A stretch of 57,682 nt of DNA from the IMG/VR virus record IMGVR_UViG_3300047276_000505, positions 1-57,682 of that record. The stretch is one strand, 5' to 3'. Position 1 is the stretch's first letter; each line of letters opens with the position of its first letter. Made by a program: the position numbers and the translations under genes. Below, in pieces: positions 7,163-17,743 of the stretch. Source of the stretch: a virus (lineage: Duplodnaviria > Caudoviricetes). The notes under the pieces were generated by a model that was not told where the DNA came from, did not search any database, and worked only from the letters and a program-made list of their open reading frames with translations.

Positions 7163-7460
7163 AGGCAGGGATTTTGTGGATGGACACCGCCTTGTAACCT
7201 TCCTCGGTGGTCCAGATGCGCATGCTTAGCTTATGCTCACACATGTCACAGACCACCTGGAAGAGATACTGGGGTTGGCAGACTTGCCTGACTTCGCTAT
7301 AAATAAAGTCGGCTGAGCTAAACTCCTCGAGCAACTGATACGCCATCTCCACATAGCTGTGGAAAAGCTTGGCGTTACTCTCGGTCGGCCGCTCGCCTAC
7401 TTGACGCCGCCAGTCATGCTGCCAGCGCTGTCCCTTGGGGCTAACTTTGACTTGAGTCAT
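7161..7460 (-). CDS. Hypothetical protein (start MTQVKVSP)
   Basis: AGGAG SD 4 nt upstream of ATG 7460. Confidence 0.65.
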   Translation of the reverse strand: MTQVKVSPKGQRWQHDWRRQVGERPTESNAKLFHSYVEMAYQLLEEFSSADFIYSEVRQVCQPQYLFQVVCDMCEHKLSMRIWTTEEGYKAVSIHKIPA

Positions 7461-7718
7461 GGTTCTCCTGTAGGAATTGACTTGATTTGCCTGCGTTCTT
7501 CGGATGCGCAGCCCCCGCCCTTTCTTTTTTTCTATACGCAACTCGCGTCGCGTGGGGTGTTGGAGAAGCGTCAGGAAATTTTTTATCCTTTTTAGCCCCT
7601 ATAGGGGGCGGTCCTTGCAAAAAGTGTCATTCCCACAGGGGTTTTGCCCAAGAATTTAGACAAAAATGCCGGGGTTTATGGCCCCGGCTATCAACAAAGA
7701 TTCAATTAACGCCTTTAC
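7461..7718. other. Non-coding region between the divergent arms; possible genome terminus, packaging or control region
   Basis: G/C runs alternating with A/T tracts, no convincing gene, near the point where gene orientation switches. Confidence 0.35.
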
Positions 7719-7928
7719 TTATTGATTTGCTTCGTTAAAACGGGAAGAAGCTGCGTAAGCCTTGGCGTATTTCTCGTAATCCGGACGTTCTTCCGACAAT
7801 TTATCCCTGGCACCCGTAATAAAGGCCTTGACTTCAAAGTCTTCAGCCCCTGCTTTCTTCAAATCTTTAGCTGCGTCTGCAATAGCGTACAGAGCAGTGG
7901 CTTTTTCTAAGGCGTACTTGGGGTCCAT
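7719..7928 (-). CDS. Hypothetical protein (69 aa)
   Basis: Helical, natural-looking ORF. Confidence 0.6.
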   Translation of the reverse strand: MDPKYALEKATALYAIADAAKDLKKAGAEDFEVKAFITGARDKLSEERPDYEKYAKAYAASSRFNEANQ

Positions 7929-8048
7929 CGCGTTATTAACCCAAATGTCCAGCGATTCTTTTGGTAATAGTCTACTGTATTCACTTTTTCCCTAAGTTTC
8001 CCGCCTTAAAATACAAAGAACAAGAAATTCATAGCTAATAAGTACCCA

Positions 8049-10847
8049 ATGGCCCTGTCACCTGCCGATTTTGCTGCCTACAGCCGCGCCACTGGTACCC
8101 CATACCCAGAAGATCCGGAGGAAAGGGCTGCTTTAGCCCCGGCAGTTCGTGATTTTCGCGCTAATCAGCTCCGTCAACCGCAACAAGAGTCCCCATTGGC
8201 GGGAATTTTGGGTGCCGCAGCCCTGGGCTTAGGTGCATTAGGGGCTGGTGCGTTTGGTTACCGGGCATTACGCGGTCGTCAGGCGCCTACTCCCGTTGGA
8301 AAGCCTCGTGTTCCGCGTGAATCTGATCTTCGGGCCATATCTCAAGCACCCTTGGTCCGTCCTTCCAAGATTGCAGCACCTGAAACGGCAATTCCGCAGG
8401 CAACTGTAGATCTTACGACGATTCAACAGAGCGAAACGCCTGAAGTTGTCCTTCAACAGAACCAAAGCAACGATACGGGCCTAGATCAACAGGCTGCACG
8501 GGTAACAACCCAAGTAGATCAACGTGATATCGATTCAACTCGCGTAGGCTTTGGCTCACGTCAAGCTCGTTTGATGCAAGAGTTTGGCCAACTTGGTGCG
8601 CCGAGTACTAGTCTTGATGATCCTTCCGTTGCACAAAAACGTGCGGCCTATCAAGCACAGGAAGCTCTTGCTGTTCAAAAGAGTAAAGCTCCTCGTACGG
8701 CCAAAGTTCTTCAAACTCTTGGTCCTCAGTACGGATTAAGTCAAGAAGAAATTTTCCACCGCATTACCGCTTCAGCCAGCGATTATCGCCCTGGCTCCAT
8801 GACGCCGTTGAGTGAACTTGACATTGCTGCTTTACTTGATCCAACAGTTCCGACCAAAGCGGTTTCAGATCTCCTTGGCACTACCCTTGCAGTGCGTGGT
8901 GGCCGCGTTGGTCGGAATTTGGATTATGAAGTTATGGCCGAAGGCGCTGGCATGACGGAACGTGGTTCGGATGTTGAGATTGTCGGTGACACTGGCTCTG
9001 ATGCATATGCTTATAACCCAACGACTGGAAACTTTGAGCTTGACACCAATGCTGACTTAGAAGATCTCAACTTACGTGGCGGTCGTACTAGTGATTACGA
9101 CAATAATGCTGCTGATTATGGTGACGTAGAAGGTCCCGGTGGTTTTGTTTCAACACGAGGATTTAAAGAACGAACTAAAAGCGGTACGACCATTATTCCT
9201 GGTCTTGCCTCGGAAGCAGAAGGTATGGCACCAGGCTCTTTGCGGCAGGAGCGCATAGCTGATCGTGTTATTCCAGCACGCGAAACCGTAGAGGGAGATC
9301 CCGCTGCAGGTTGGACGTTTGATGAAGCAGGCAACGCGGTTCTTGTCGGTACAGGTAAGCGCCTGGTCGAAACACGAACCAATGTTGCAGGTAAGCCAAT
9401 CCGCGTCGTAGATACACGAACTGGTCGTGTGCGTGAACCAGGTTCCTACCAAGGGCGCATCGCTGTTGACGACCCAAGTTATGATCCAACCAGTGGTGGC
9501 AAGTACTCTGGACGTTTACAGCCGGCAACATCAGAAGTATCGCCTGTTATCAATACTCAACCCGTTGTTGAGTTTAAAACAGCTCAAGAACGTTTGATCC
9601 AGGATCCCAAAGGTCGCTGGTGGGTTGACGATTCAAAAACAAAAAAAGTTGGTGAATCGCAACTGCGTGGTCGCGTAGGAAGTGATCCAAACCTCAGGGA
9701 TATTTCCTTAGATCGTCGCGAAGTTAATGCAGTTCTTAGTAAAGCCATTGATCAATGGGATGTTATTAATGCCAGAGGGGAACTTGGACCCATTGATCGT
9801 CAACAACATTTAATTGACAGTCTTAACGGTTATCTTGTTACGCAAAAACGAATTTCTATCCCAATTCTTCAAAGAGATAAAAGTGGCCGTTTGCCTTCTG
9901 AAGCTTATAAGTTCATCAACGACATTACTCCTGGAACTAAAGAATCAAATGTTTATGGACGGCCTGCAAAGCTGAGCCAAAACAACTTGCCAATGATGGT
10001 GAGAAAAGGAGATAAAATTACTTTACTTGTTGATCCTGCTTATAAAAACATGAAGGCAGTACCACTGCCTGGTGTTACAAAGATCAGTGGTACTGGTGGA
10101 GTTTCGGCGCAGGAAGTTGACGCTGATACTTACGAGGGAGATATTTCGTTTTTCTCGCCAACTACTGAAACTGCCCCTCAGGTTGTACGCAACAGAAAGA
10201 CAGGAGAAGTTTTAAGCGCTTCTCAATCAGCGCAAAGCGCTATGGGACAACTCTCCACTGGTGAAATTGTTCCACAACAAGTAGCAGCACCTACTCTTCA
10301 ATTCCAAATTGGTTCTCCTTATTCGCAAAGAACTATTCAAAGAGCTGGTTCTACGTATGTTGCAACTGACTTTACTCCGTTAAATTACTTGCTTCCCGCT
10401 GGCGCCCCGCCAAGTGCCTCTACGACTTATGGCGGTTATTCTCCACGGAGACAATCAACTTCTTCCAATGTTGGAGTACAACTTGTCAATTTACGCAACG
10501 CTCTGGAAACGCCACAGGTTGGTGAAGGCATCAGCCAAATTCCAACGATCAATCAAGCCACTGGTCAACGCGTAGGCTTCTCCCCTGTTTCCAATATTCG
10601 TATTGGCTCATTTGCTCGGACGCAGAATCCATATACTGGAGCTGCCGCTGCTGCCATGGGTCCAGCAGGTCGCGTTTTAACAGGCGATTATCAATACCGC
10701 CCTGACCAGTTAACTATTGATGCTCCTGATTTACCCAATGCACCTGAAGTTTCTGAATACCGCCCTGGTTCGTCTAACGTAGAATCAATGATGCAGAGAA
10801 GCCTGGCTCAGGCTGGTCGTCGTGCAGCAAAACGTCGTAATCGCTAA
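8049..10847 (+). CDS. Large putative virion/internal protein (932 aa)
   Basis: Long ORF heading the late cluster; Gly/Ala hydrophobic segment near the N-terminus; TAAAAT at 8007. Confidence 0.7.
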   Translation: MALSPADFAAYSRATGTPYPEDPEERAALAPAVRDFRANQLRQPQQESPLAGILGAAALGLGALGAGAFGYRALRGRQAPTPVGKPRVPRESDLRAISQAPLVRPSKIAAPETAIPQATVDLTTIQQSETPEVVLQQNQSNDTGLDQQAARVTTQVDQRDIDSTRVGFGSRQARLMQEFGQLGAPSTSLDDPSVAQKRAAYQAQEALAVQKSKAPRTAKVLQTLGPQYGLSQEEIFHRITASASDYRPGSMTPLSELDIAALLDPTVPTKAVSDLLGTTLAVRGGRVGRNLDYEVMAEGAGMTERGSDVEIVGDTGSDAYAYNPTTGNFELDTNADLEDLNLRGGRTSDYDNNAADYGDVEGPGGFVSTRGFKERTKSGTTIIPGLASEAEGMAPGSLRQERIADRVIPARETVEGDPAAGWTFDEAGNAVLVGTGKRLVETRTNVAGKPIRVVDTRTGRVREPGSYQGRIAVDDPSYDPTSGGKYSGRLQPATSEVSPVINTQPVVEFKTAQERLIQDPKGRWWVDDSKTKKVGESQLRGRVGSDPNLRDISLDRREVNAVLSKAIDQWDVINARGELGPIDRQQHLIDSLNGYLVTQKRISIPILQRDKSGRLPSEAYKFINDITPGTKESNVYGRPAKLSQNNLPMMVRKGDKITLLVDPAYKNMKAVPLPGVTKISGTGGVSAQEVDADTYEGDISFFSPTTETAPQVVRNRKTGEVLSASQSAQSAMGQLSTGEIVPQQVAAPTLQFQIGSPYSQRTIQRAGSTYVATDFTPLNYLLPAGAPPSASTTYGGYSPRRQSTSSNVGVQLVNLRNALETPQVGEGISQIPTINQATGQRVGFSPVSNIRIGSFARTQNPYTGAAAAAMGPAGRVLTGDYQYRPDQLTIDAPDLPNAPEVSEYRPGSSNVESMMQRSLAQAGRRAAKRRNR

Positions 10848-10849
10848 TC

Positions 10850-11071
10850 ATGGCTGAAAAGAAAAAGAAAGACAAAAAGTGGATTCAAGGCATGGAGATG
10901 AAGGAAGGCGCCTTCACTGCCAAAGCCAAGCGCAAAGGGATTACCTCTGCTCAGCTCCAGGCAAATGTCCTTGCCAATCCTGATCAGTACGATGAAAAGA
11001 CCGTGAAACAAGCACGGCTTCGTAAGACGCTGGTAGGCTTAAAGAAGAAGAAAGACAGTAAGGAAAGCTAA
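10850..11071 (+). CDS. Small basic phage protein
   Basis: KKWIQ...KEGAFTAKAK...KQARL..TL, a motif I recall from small phage proteins. Confidence 0.75.
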   Translation: MAEKKKKDKKWIQGMEMKEGAFTAKAKRKGITSAQLQANVLANPDQYDEKTVKQARLRKTLVGLKKKKDSKES

Positions 11072-11604
11072 TGGCTAAAGACCATAGGCTTGAGTTAGAT
11101 CGTTATCTTGATTACGGTAAAGATCTTTTCGCCAAAAAGAAAAATCTTAACTTTGACGATCTGTTCTCTGTCAAAGCAAACAGTGGTGCCCCACCCTGGA
11201 ACCTCAACCGCTTTGATAGTACCGATTTACTTCGTCGGATTCAAACCAAGAAGTTGATTCAGAACCCAGGCCTTCAGCAAGTTGGCGAAGGCCCCACTGA
11301 AGTCTTCGCTGGTATCGGTCGCTTTGATCGCAACAAAGACTACGACTTCATGAATGGTCGAGCCAAGACAAACCAGCGTCCAGAAGAACAACCAGGTTTT
11401 AATACCACCTGGGGCGAGTTCTACTCCCTCAGCCCAACCATGGATCCTGGTAAAAGAATCAGCAACCCAATGCCTCGTGCGAAGAACCCAGATCCCAAGG
11501 GCTACATCATGGCGCAGATGGAGCAAAAAGTTGAGAACGAAGCGGAGGATAAAAAATCAGTTGCCCAGCTTCTTTCTGACGATAAAGAAGACGATAAAGA
11601 CTAA
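11071..11604 (+). CDS. Hypothetical protein (177 aa)
   Basis: TAATG coupling to the previous gene. Confidence 0.75.
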   Translation: MAKDHRLELDRYLDYGKDLFAKKKNLNFDDLFSVKANSGAPPWNLNRFDSTDLLRRIQTKKLIQNPGLQQVGEGPTEVFAGIGRFDRNKDYDFMNGRAKTNQRPEEQPGFNTTWGEFYSLSPTMDPGKRISNPMPRAKNPDPKGYIMAQMEQKVENEAEDKKSVAQLLSDDKEDDKD

Positions 11605-11634
11605 CAATTTATAATGAGTAAAAAGGATATGTAG

Positions 11635-12156
11635 ATGGCAGCGCTAGCGGGACGTTGGTTAAGTCAAAACCTAGGACCTGTACTTAAGTCGGTACTTCCC
11701 GGCAGTGCGTTAAGTGCAGGTTTTGGTTTGCTGGCTGGCGGCCCAAAAGAAGCTCTTGTGTATGGAGCTAGTGATGTTGTAGGTGCACTGCCTTTAACCC
11801 TATTGGGACGTTATGGTGCTCGCAATATAAAAAACGAAAGTCTGCGCAAAGCAATCGAAGGTGGCGCAAATATTGCCGGTTCAATTGGTGGAACTATGCT
11901 TGGCGCTTCAGTTCTTCAAGGAGGTCAACCTCAGCAAATTGCACAGCAAGTCGAACAACGCTCTGTTGTCAATGATTTGCCTTTAGCGGCACAGGAAGTT
12001 GACCTCTCCCCTGGAACCCAATATCAAATAAAAGGTCTACCAAGTTCTCAACCATTTGAGGAACTTTTAAGTCAAATACCGCGCAATAATTGGATGCAGT
12101 ATTTAGATCCTGCAGACCAAGCAATGCTTCAGGGCGCTCTTAACCCGAGGCTGTGA
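11635..12156 (+). CDS. Gly/Ala-rich putative internal virion or membrane-active protein
   Basis: Glycine-zipper-like helices; N-terminal LAGRW. Confidence 0.7.
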   Translation: MAALAGRWLSQNLGPVLKSVLPGSALSAGFGLLAGGPKEALVYGASDVVGALPLTLLGRYGARNIKNESLRKAIEGGANIAGSIGGTMLGASVLQGGQPQQIAQQVEQRSVVNDLPLAAQEVDLSPGTQYQIKGLPSSQPFEELLSQIPRNNWMQYLDPADQAMLQGALNPRL

Positions 12157-12157
12157 T

Positions 12158-13084
12158 ATGTTTCAGAATTTCTTGAATGAATTAACGACGGGTGCGCGTA
12201 AAAGCGCAGAGGCCAGTCGTCAGGCTTACTTAAAAGGTGAGTACAACCCAAGCATTCTCAAGGACATCCCAGGGCTCCGTGGTGAATACCACCGCAACCT
12301 TAAGTCCTTAGGAGTGTCGATGCAGGAGACGCCTACTCAAGCAGTGGGCGCCTTCGGCGCAAGGTTGTTAACTGACATCACAAACGACGGCACCCGTGGT
12401 ATTTATTGGCGTTACAACCACCCCTTGGCGATCATGGGTGCAGGGGCAGAGGCGGCCATTGGTAAAGAAGCATACCGTGCATTAGGCCCAACCAAGACAG
12501 GCTTGATTGGCGCAACAATTGCCGTTCCAACCACTGCATTGGCTGGCGCTTACGACATTACCAATGTTGGTGAAATGTTTAGGCCAAAGGGTTTCTCCCA
12601 GGCCTATGCAGAAGAAGGTTCTGAGGATCGTAGGGAGACTTCTCAACCAGCTAGTGAGTTATTTGAGCGTTTCTTCTTGGGACGTACGGGACGCCCCTTA
12701 AAGTATGAAACCGCTAAGGAAGACATCCCCTCCTTGACGCCTGAACGCTACGGGAACTATCTTCAGAACTACTACCAAGACAAGGGCTTCCTTGGCATTG
12801 TCAAAGCAACTCCAGAAAATTTACAAGGTGTTCCAGAAGCTCGTGTCCTTGGTTATCCAGTCACTATTCCTTCTGTTACTACTGCTGTTGGTGGAATCGT
12901 GGGTGCTGGTGCCGCTATTAGAACAGCACCGTTAGTGAAGAATGCGTTCCGACGTGGGATTGCAGGTGCAGCTGGTGGCGCCGCAGCAGGAGCAATGTTG
13001 GGTAACTTAGCCAATACAGTTCTTGCCGCAAAGCCTGTAGAGAACCAGTTGCCAACTACTGCTCAGTATGAAATGATGCAGTGA
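12158..13084 (+). CDS. Putative internal virion protein (308 aa)
   Basis: C-terminal glycine-zipper segments. Confidence 0.7.
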   Translation: MFQNFLNELTTGARKSAEASRQAYLKGEYNPSILKDIPGLRGEYHRNLKSLGVSMQETPTQAVGAFGARLLTDITNDGTRGIYWRYNHPLAIMGAGAEAAIGKEAYRALGPTKTGLIGATIAVPTTALAGAYDITNVGEMFRPKGFSQAYAEEGSEDRRETSQPASELFERFFLGRTGRPLKYETAKEDIPSLTPERYGNYLQNYYQDKGFLGIVKATPENLQGVPEARVLGYPVTIPSVTTAVGGIVGAGAAIRTAPLVKNAFRRGIAGAAGGAAAGAMLGNLANTVLAAKPVENQLPTTAQYEMMQ

Positions 13085-13116
13085 TAGAATTTATCTTATA
13101 AAAGACTTATTCATAA

Positions 13117-14031
13117 ATGACGCCGCAAGAATTAGCCGCTATGCAGGCGGGCTTAGATCCACGAGCTTACTATCAGGATCCGTATGCAGCTGCGCGTGCT
13201 GGTCAAGTGGATCCTGAAACACTGCCGCCCCGTGGAGCAACTCCTATTGTTCCTAAAGGTCCTCGTCCTACAGGTCAGGAACAACTCCAAAACTTCATGA
13301 GCCGCGCAGGCCAAGCAGCAAGCGCCATTCCTAGTCAAATTGGACAGCAATACGCACAGTTAAAACAGCGCTTTCCACAAGCTGGTGGTTATGGTCGTAC
13401 TGCACTTGGAGTTGCAGCAGCCGTTCCCGCCCTTGGCGCTTCTTATCAGGAACTGCAAGAAGGTCGTCCTTTAGGTGCAGTTGCCGCCCTTGCTCCCGCA
13501 GGTTTATCGGTCCTTGGCTCTCGTTTAATTGGTAAAGGTCCTATCGGAACTGCAGTTGGCGTTGGTTTAATGGGCCTTGGCGCCGTTCTCCCCGGTGCTG
13601 CAGCCCAAGGTGCGGAGTCTGTGCGTCAAGACGTGACCGGCAAACCAACCAAAGGCAAAGAGGGTGAGTTCTCTACCCAAATGGCAATGGCCCAGCAGAT
13701 GGGTGAACTAGGCGCCACTCAGTACCGTACCAATATGGGCACTTATACCAGTGCCATGAAAGATCTGTCGAAGTTCTATTCAGATCAAAGTTATTATGAC
13801 CTTCAGCGCAATGTTCCCATCATCGAAAAGATGAAGAACTCTGAGCTGACTCGTCAGCAAGCTTTAATGAACACTCAGGGTCAGCTCCAAGGCATGCTCG
13901 GTGTTCTTGCTACCGGCGGTGCTCTGGCACAAGGCGCACAAGCTAATACTGCTGGTCTGATTGGTACTGCACTGACCGCTGCTCCTTACGCAGGTTCTGT
14001 GCTGCAGGCTCCTCAAATTCGCTTCGGTTGA
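13117..14031 (+). CDS. Putative internal virion/ejection protein (304 aa)
   Basis: Gly/Ala hydrophobic segments and Gln-rich helices. Confidence 0.7.
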   Translation: MTPQELAAMQAGLDPRAYYQDPYAAARAGQVDPETLPPRGATPIVPKGPRPTGQEQLQNFMSRAGQAASAIPSQIGQQYAQLKQRFPQAGGYGRTALGVAAAVPALGASYQELQEGRPLGAVAALAPAGLSVLGSRLIGKGPIGTAVGVGLMGLGAVLPGAAAQGAESVRQDVTGKPTKGKEGEFSTQMAMAQQMGELGATQYRTNMGTYTSAMKDLSKFYSDQSYYDLQRNVPIIEKMKNSELTRQQALMNTQGQLQGMLGVLATGGALAQGAQANTAGLIGTALTAAPYAGSVLQAPQIRFG

Positions 14032-14579
14032 TTGATATGGCCCCCTTCAAAACCCCATTTAACCTGTCAGAGGTTAATTATTCGATGCCAGGCATTAAAC
14101 CCCTGGAACTAAATGCCAATACGTCTGGCTTGGCTGTTGGTCAGGGTTTTGCTTTAGGGACCGAACCTCAACTTGCCGGTCGTTATGCTGGTCTTGCAGA
14201 AGAAGCAACGACAACCAAGAAGAAGAGCCCAATCGATAAAACAAAAGAAACTATCGAGGCGATGGGCATTGATCCCAACTCCAGCATGGGCAGCCTTTTC
14301 GCTATGAATCTTCTCCAGAAGTACGAAGAGCAAGATAGCGATAAATTCAAAGAAGAAGCTGAATACTTCTTTGACTTAATGCAACGGAATGCTGATCGCG
14401 CTCAACAGCGTGGTGAGCGTTCTACCTTAATTGCAGGTCTCGTTGATCTTCCCAATAAGATTCAACAGGCTCAGGATCGTCAATACGCCTTCTTCCCGGA
14501 GCAACTTGAAGCGATTCGCGCCAGCATTAGCCGACCTCAATTCTTTGGCAACGCAGGAATTTCTCAATACCTTAAGTAA
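14028..14579 (+). CDS. Hypothetical late protein (likely start MAPFK)
   Basis: ORF in the cluster; contains LAGRY. Confidence 0.7.
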   Translation: MIDMAPFKTPFNLSEVNYSMPGIKPLELNANTSGLAVGQGFALGTEPQLAGRYAGLAEEATTTKKKSPIDKTKETIEAMGIDPNSSMGSLFAMNLLQKYEEQDSDKFKEEAEYFFDLMQRNADRAQQRGERSTLIAGLVDLPNKIQQAQDRQYAFFPEQLEAIRASISRPQFFGNAGISQYLK

Positions 14580-14600
14580 AATAATTAAAAAGAGGTAGTT

Positions 14601-15044
14601 ATGAGTATTTTTGATAACCCATCTTTTGGTGTTGATACTGCAGGCGCCTTCGGTGGTGTTGGCGGTGCCTTAGGAAAAGATCCTTTTGGCGGGTTTGGCG
14701 GTTTAAACGTCGGTAATTTTACGGGTGCTACACCCAGCTATGGGGGAGGCGGTGGCTTTGGTGGGTTTGCTCAATTTGCTCCACTCCTCGCTGGCCGCTT
14801 TGGTTCCATGCTGATGGGTAATGCGAATACCGCTCAGTCAGCACAAAACGCCATGGGCACTTCCATTGGTATGTTTGATGTCAACCAGGGCGTTACTGCA
14901 GCCAATCGTCGTCAATCTATTTATGACGAGATGATGGCTCCTATTTACGCTTCTCGTGTCAAGATGAATCCTGAGTATCGTCGTGGTCAGGTTCGTGACA
15001 TGATGTTAAGCAATTGGAGCCCAACATCTGCTCTCCTGGCTTAA
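14601..15044 (+). CDS. Gly/Phe-rich late protein
   Basis: GAGG SD, TAAAAT upstream; contains LAGRF. Confidence 0.7.
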   Translation: MSIFDNPSFGVDTAGAFGGVGGALGKDPFGGFGGLNVGNFTGATPSYGGGGGFGGFAQFAPLLAGRFGSMLMGNANTAQSAQNAMGTSIGMFDVNQGVTAANRRQSIYDEMMAPIYASRVKMNPEYRRGQVRDMMLSNWSPTSALLA

Positions 15045-15088
15045 ATCCAGACGGGTTAAAATAACAGAAGAAGTAGCCGCCGGTAGAA

Positions 15089-15724
15089 ATGGCTTTTAAT
15101 TTTGGCAGTTTTGGTGGAGGCGTAATATCGGGCGCAGGCGCCGGATCTGCCTTTGGTCCAATTGGTGCTGGTATTGGCGCTGTACTTGGGGGTGCCTCTA
15201 GTCTTTTTGGTGGCGGGGGCAGTGGTGGTACTCAGTTCCTTCCTTCGGAACTGATGCAACGTTACATGGACATTGGTTTGGCGGAAGTCAAACCTCCAAA
15301 GTGGCAAAAGAAGTTAGATAGGCAAGAGTTCCAAAACCTTGTTCGGTATGGAGACCGTGGCGCTGCGGAAGACATGTTCCGTGGTCTTGCTGAGCTTTAT
15401 CCAACTGAAAAACTCTACGCAAAAAAACTAAAGAAAAGTCTTAACAAGCCAGTCGATTTAACTTCTACAGGTTGGGACACCGCTAATCGTATTTACGAAA
15501 ATGCTGGCCTTAGTTTTACGGATGATCAATTCCGTAGCATGGCTAATGAGGCTCAACGTGCTGGCGTAAGGGGCTCCGCTCAGTTTGGTGATTTCATTAA
15601 ACAAAACTTAATGGCTCAAGGCAAAATCTTGACACCTTATCAGCAAGCTCTTGCCCCTATCTTTGGTACACCAAGGCGTACGGAAGAGGGAACTTATACT
15701 AATGATTACATGTGGAGTCGTTAA
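15089..15724 (+). CDS. Pilot/ejection-like protein with N-terminal glycine zipper
   Basis: GAGAGSAFGPIGAGIGAVLGG. Confidence 0.7.
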   Translation: MAFNFGSFGGGVISGAGAGSAFGPIGAGIGAVLGGASSLFGGGGSGGTQFLPSELMQRYMDIGLAEVKPPKWQKKLDRQEFQNLVRYGDRGAAEDMFRGLAELYPTEKLYAKKLKKSLNKPVDLTSTGWDTANRIYENAGLSFTDDQFRSMANEAQRAGVRGSAQFGDFIKQNLMAQGKILTPYQQALAPIFGTPRRTEEGTYTNDYMWSR

Positions 15725-15727
15725 ATC

Positions 15728-16390
15728 ATGGCTAATAAAAAGAAAAAACAAGATCCCAAACAAAGCGCTCAACAGCTTTTAAAGAGCTTTGGCTCAAGAA
15801 TTGGTGGGAAAGAAGTTAAAACATTTGAAACACAGTTTCCCAATAAACCCCTTAAAAGCGTTACTAAGTACGCAAAGAAAGAAAAAGGTGTCAAGCTTGG
15901 TCCTAATGCCAAGAAGTACATAAACAGCAAAAAACCTATTGTTCCTGGTGATCTTGATAAAAGCGGTGGCGGTAACGCAAACGACCAATCTGGCGGCGGC
16001 ATTTTTGATGTCGTCGCAGGGCATGAAATAGATGTAGCCAACATCTACGCAGATGCTGATAAATACATTGCGGATGCCGAAGTTCGTGGTATTGATATCA
16101 GCTCTGGTCGCGCCCTGGAAGGCACTAAGTACGCTGCCGACAAGGAATCAGAATGGCGTCAGGCAGTAGCCAATATTGAAGTTAAAGGTCGCCTTGATCT
16201 CCAGCCCATCATCAATGCTGGTCTTGAGAAAGTCGCTGGCATTGAAGCACAAGCTCAACGTGACGTGGCTGACATCACTGGTAAGTACGATGTGGAAGGC
16301 ATTCGCGTCCGTGGCGAAGCTGATAAGCAAATCGGTGGCATGCAGCTTGCGGGCAACATGTATAACCTGATTAACGCTGCCTTCGGTTAA
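15728..16390 (+). CDS. Hypothetical late protein with basic N-terminus and helical repeats
   Basis: 220-aa ORF with repeated KY[AI]AD. Confidence 0.7.
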   Translation: MANKKKKQDPKQSAQQLLKSFGSRIGGKEVKTFETQFPNKPLKSVTKYAKKEKGVKLGPNAKKYINSKKPIVPGDLDKSGGGNANDQSGGGIFDVVAGHEIDVANIYADADKYIADAEVRGIDISSGRALEGTKYAADKESEWRQAVANIEVKGRLDLQPIINAGLEKVAGIEAQAQRDVADITGKYDVEGIRVRGEADKQIGGMQLAGNMYNLINAAFG

Positions 16391-16425
16391 TACTCTTAGA
16401 ATAAGGACATTAATAGCGGAAAACC

Positions 16426-16590
16426 ATGACTACTTCGAGTTCTCCTACTGATTATTTTGATATCAGTAAGTTCCAGCAACTGCTTGATAAACTTGAGGCT
16501 TCCAAGGGTCGTCAAAAGCGTCAAGAGTCCCTGGAAAACCGCCGCGATCAATTCGCCGCTGGTATTGCCAACGTGATGAGCAACTTCTGA
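16426..16590 (+). CDS. Small protein (54 aa, MTTSSSPTDYFDISKFQQ...)
   Basis: Translated by hand; TAGAAT at 16397; shares D[YW]FD[IL]xK[FY]xQ with the next gene. Confidence 0.7.
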   Translation: MTTSSSPTDYFDISKFQQLLDKLEASKGRQKRQESLENRRDQFAAGIANVMSNF

Positions 16591-16607
16591 TTTAGGTATA
16601 CTGAACA

Positions 16608-16865
16608 ATGACTTCAAGTCTCCCCAGCGTACCAGCTGGTCAAACAGATGTCGATGACTGGTTTGACCTAGATAAGTACAAACAGGCAGCCGAGGTTGCT
16701 TACGGTTTCTCCAAGCAAAAAATGGAAGAAGCCGGTTTACAAGAACGTGAGACGATTGGTAAAGGTGCCACAGAACAAAGAACCTCTGCTGAACAAGCGC
16801 AACGCTTTAAAGAAGGCGACGAGGCCCGCGACTACAACCAGGCCCAACGAGCTTATCGATATTGA
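16608..16865 (+). CDS. Small helical protein (85 aa)
   Basis: TATACT upstream; motif shared with the previous gene. Confidence 0.7.
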   Translation: MTSSLPSVPAGQTDVDDWFDLDKYKQAAEVAYGFSKQKMEEAGLQERETIGKGATEQRTSAEQAQRFKEGDEARDYNQAQRAYRY

Positions 16866-17355
16866 GTTATTCGACCAATGGGTCGATAACTTAACATCCG
16901 CTGAGCAAGAGTCGTTCACGCAATTTGCTGCCGATAATTTTTCGGTTATTGAGTCCTACCTCTACGCCAGGTTTCTTGGTTACAGAGGCAGCATTATTCC
17001 GTGTGAGCAGTGGGTAAAGTCTCACTATCCAAAGCCTGATCACCGCAAAAAACTCCTCTATGAAATTGAGGAGATGCAGGAGGATATTCGGAAGTTACGG
17101 GATGACGTAGATAACGGCATTGTGAAACGGGATGCTGGTGTCGCACGAATCGCTGGCATGCAGAAGGAACTACGTGGGACGATTGCCCAGGTCGAAGCTG
17201 CTACTGGCAGTCGTGATCGCAAGGGCTTACTGATGGCTGGTGCAGACCGCGCCATTCGTGAGTTGATGGCCATCTTTAAAGATGACCCCATTGAGCTTCC
17301 ATTGGAGGAGGCATCAATGAGTGTGTGGGCTAAAATGCAATTTGAAGAAAGTTAA
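16696..17355 (+). CDS. Helical protein, possible terminase small subunit (start uncertain)
   Basis: Coiled-coil protein just upstream of TerL; the natural-looking part starts at NELIDIELFDQW. Confidence 0.5.
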   Translation: MLTVSPSKKWKKPVYKNVRRLVKVPQNKEPLLNKRNALKKATRPATTTRPNELIDIELFDQWVDNLTSAEQESFTQFAADNFSVIESYLYARFLGYRGSIIPCEQWVKSHYPKPDHRKKLLYEIEEMQEDIRKLRDDVDNGIVKRDAGVARIAGMQKELRGTIAQVEAATGSRDRKGLLMAGADRAIRELMAIFKDDPIELPLEEASMSVWAKMQFEES

Positions 17356-17373
17356 GTTGAATTAAATTAAGTA

Positions 17374-17682
17374 ATGAACCCTTCACCTCAAGCACAATCA
17401 GCGCCAGATGCACGACTTGCCGGCGGCATGATCAATATTGTTCAGCAGCTGCAAAAGAATCGTTTTTCTGGTTCTCGTCAATTACAAGGCGCACCAATCG
17501 GTGGAGAGTCGCAGCAAGGAGCAGAAGTTCTAAACGCCCTCCGCAATAATCGCCCTGATGTCCAAAAACAAGATGCCACCTCAACTCCTCGCCCACTTCA
17601 AGGGAAAGGAGAACAAGAACAAGGACGGCAGCGAAATGTCGGACAAAGACAAGCGCAAAGCGGCTCTCGACAAGGCGCGTAA
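17374..17682 (+). CDS. Hypothetical Gln-rich protein
   Basis: ORF whose 3' part overlaps the next small gene. Confidence 0.55.
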   Translation: MNPSPQAQSAPDARLAGGMINIVQQLQKNRFSGSRQLQGAPIGGESQQGAEVLNALRNNRPDVQKQDATSTPRPLQGKGEQEQGRQRNVGQRQAQSGSRQGA

Positions 17683-17710
17683 ATATCAAGAACAAAAGAA
17701 AAAGAAGTAG
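17558..17710 (+). CDS. Small basic protein (50 aa, MSKNKMPPQLLAHFK...)
   Basis: Translated by hand; Lys-rich; in a different frame from 17374..17682. Confidence 0.55.
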   Translation: MSKNKMPPQLLAHFKGKENKNKDGSEMSDKDKRKAALDKARKYQEQKKKK

Positions 17711-17743
17711 GTTAGTATTCATTAATAGTGAATACTAAACATT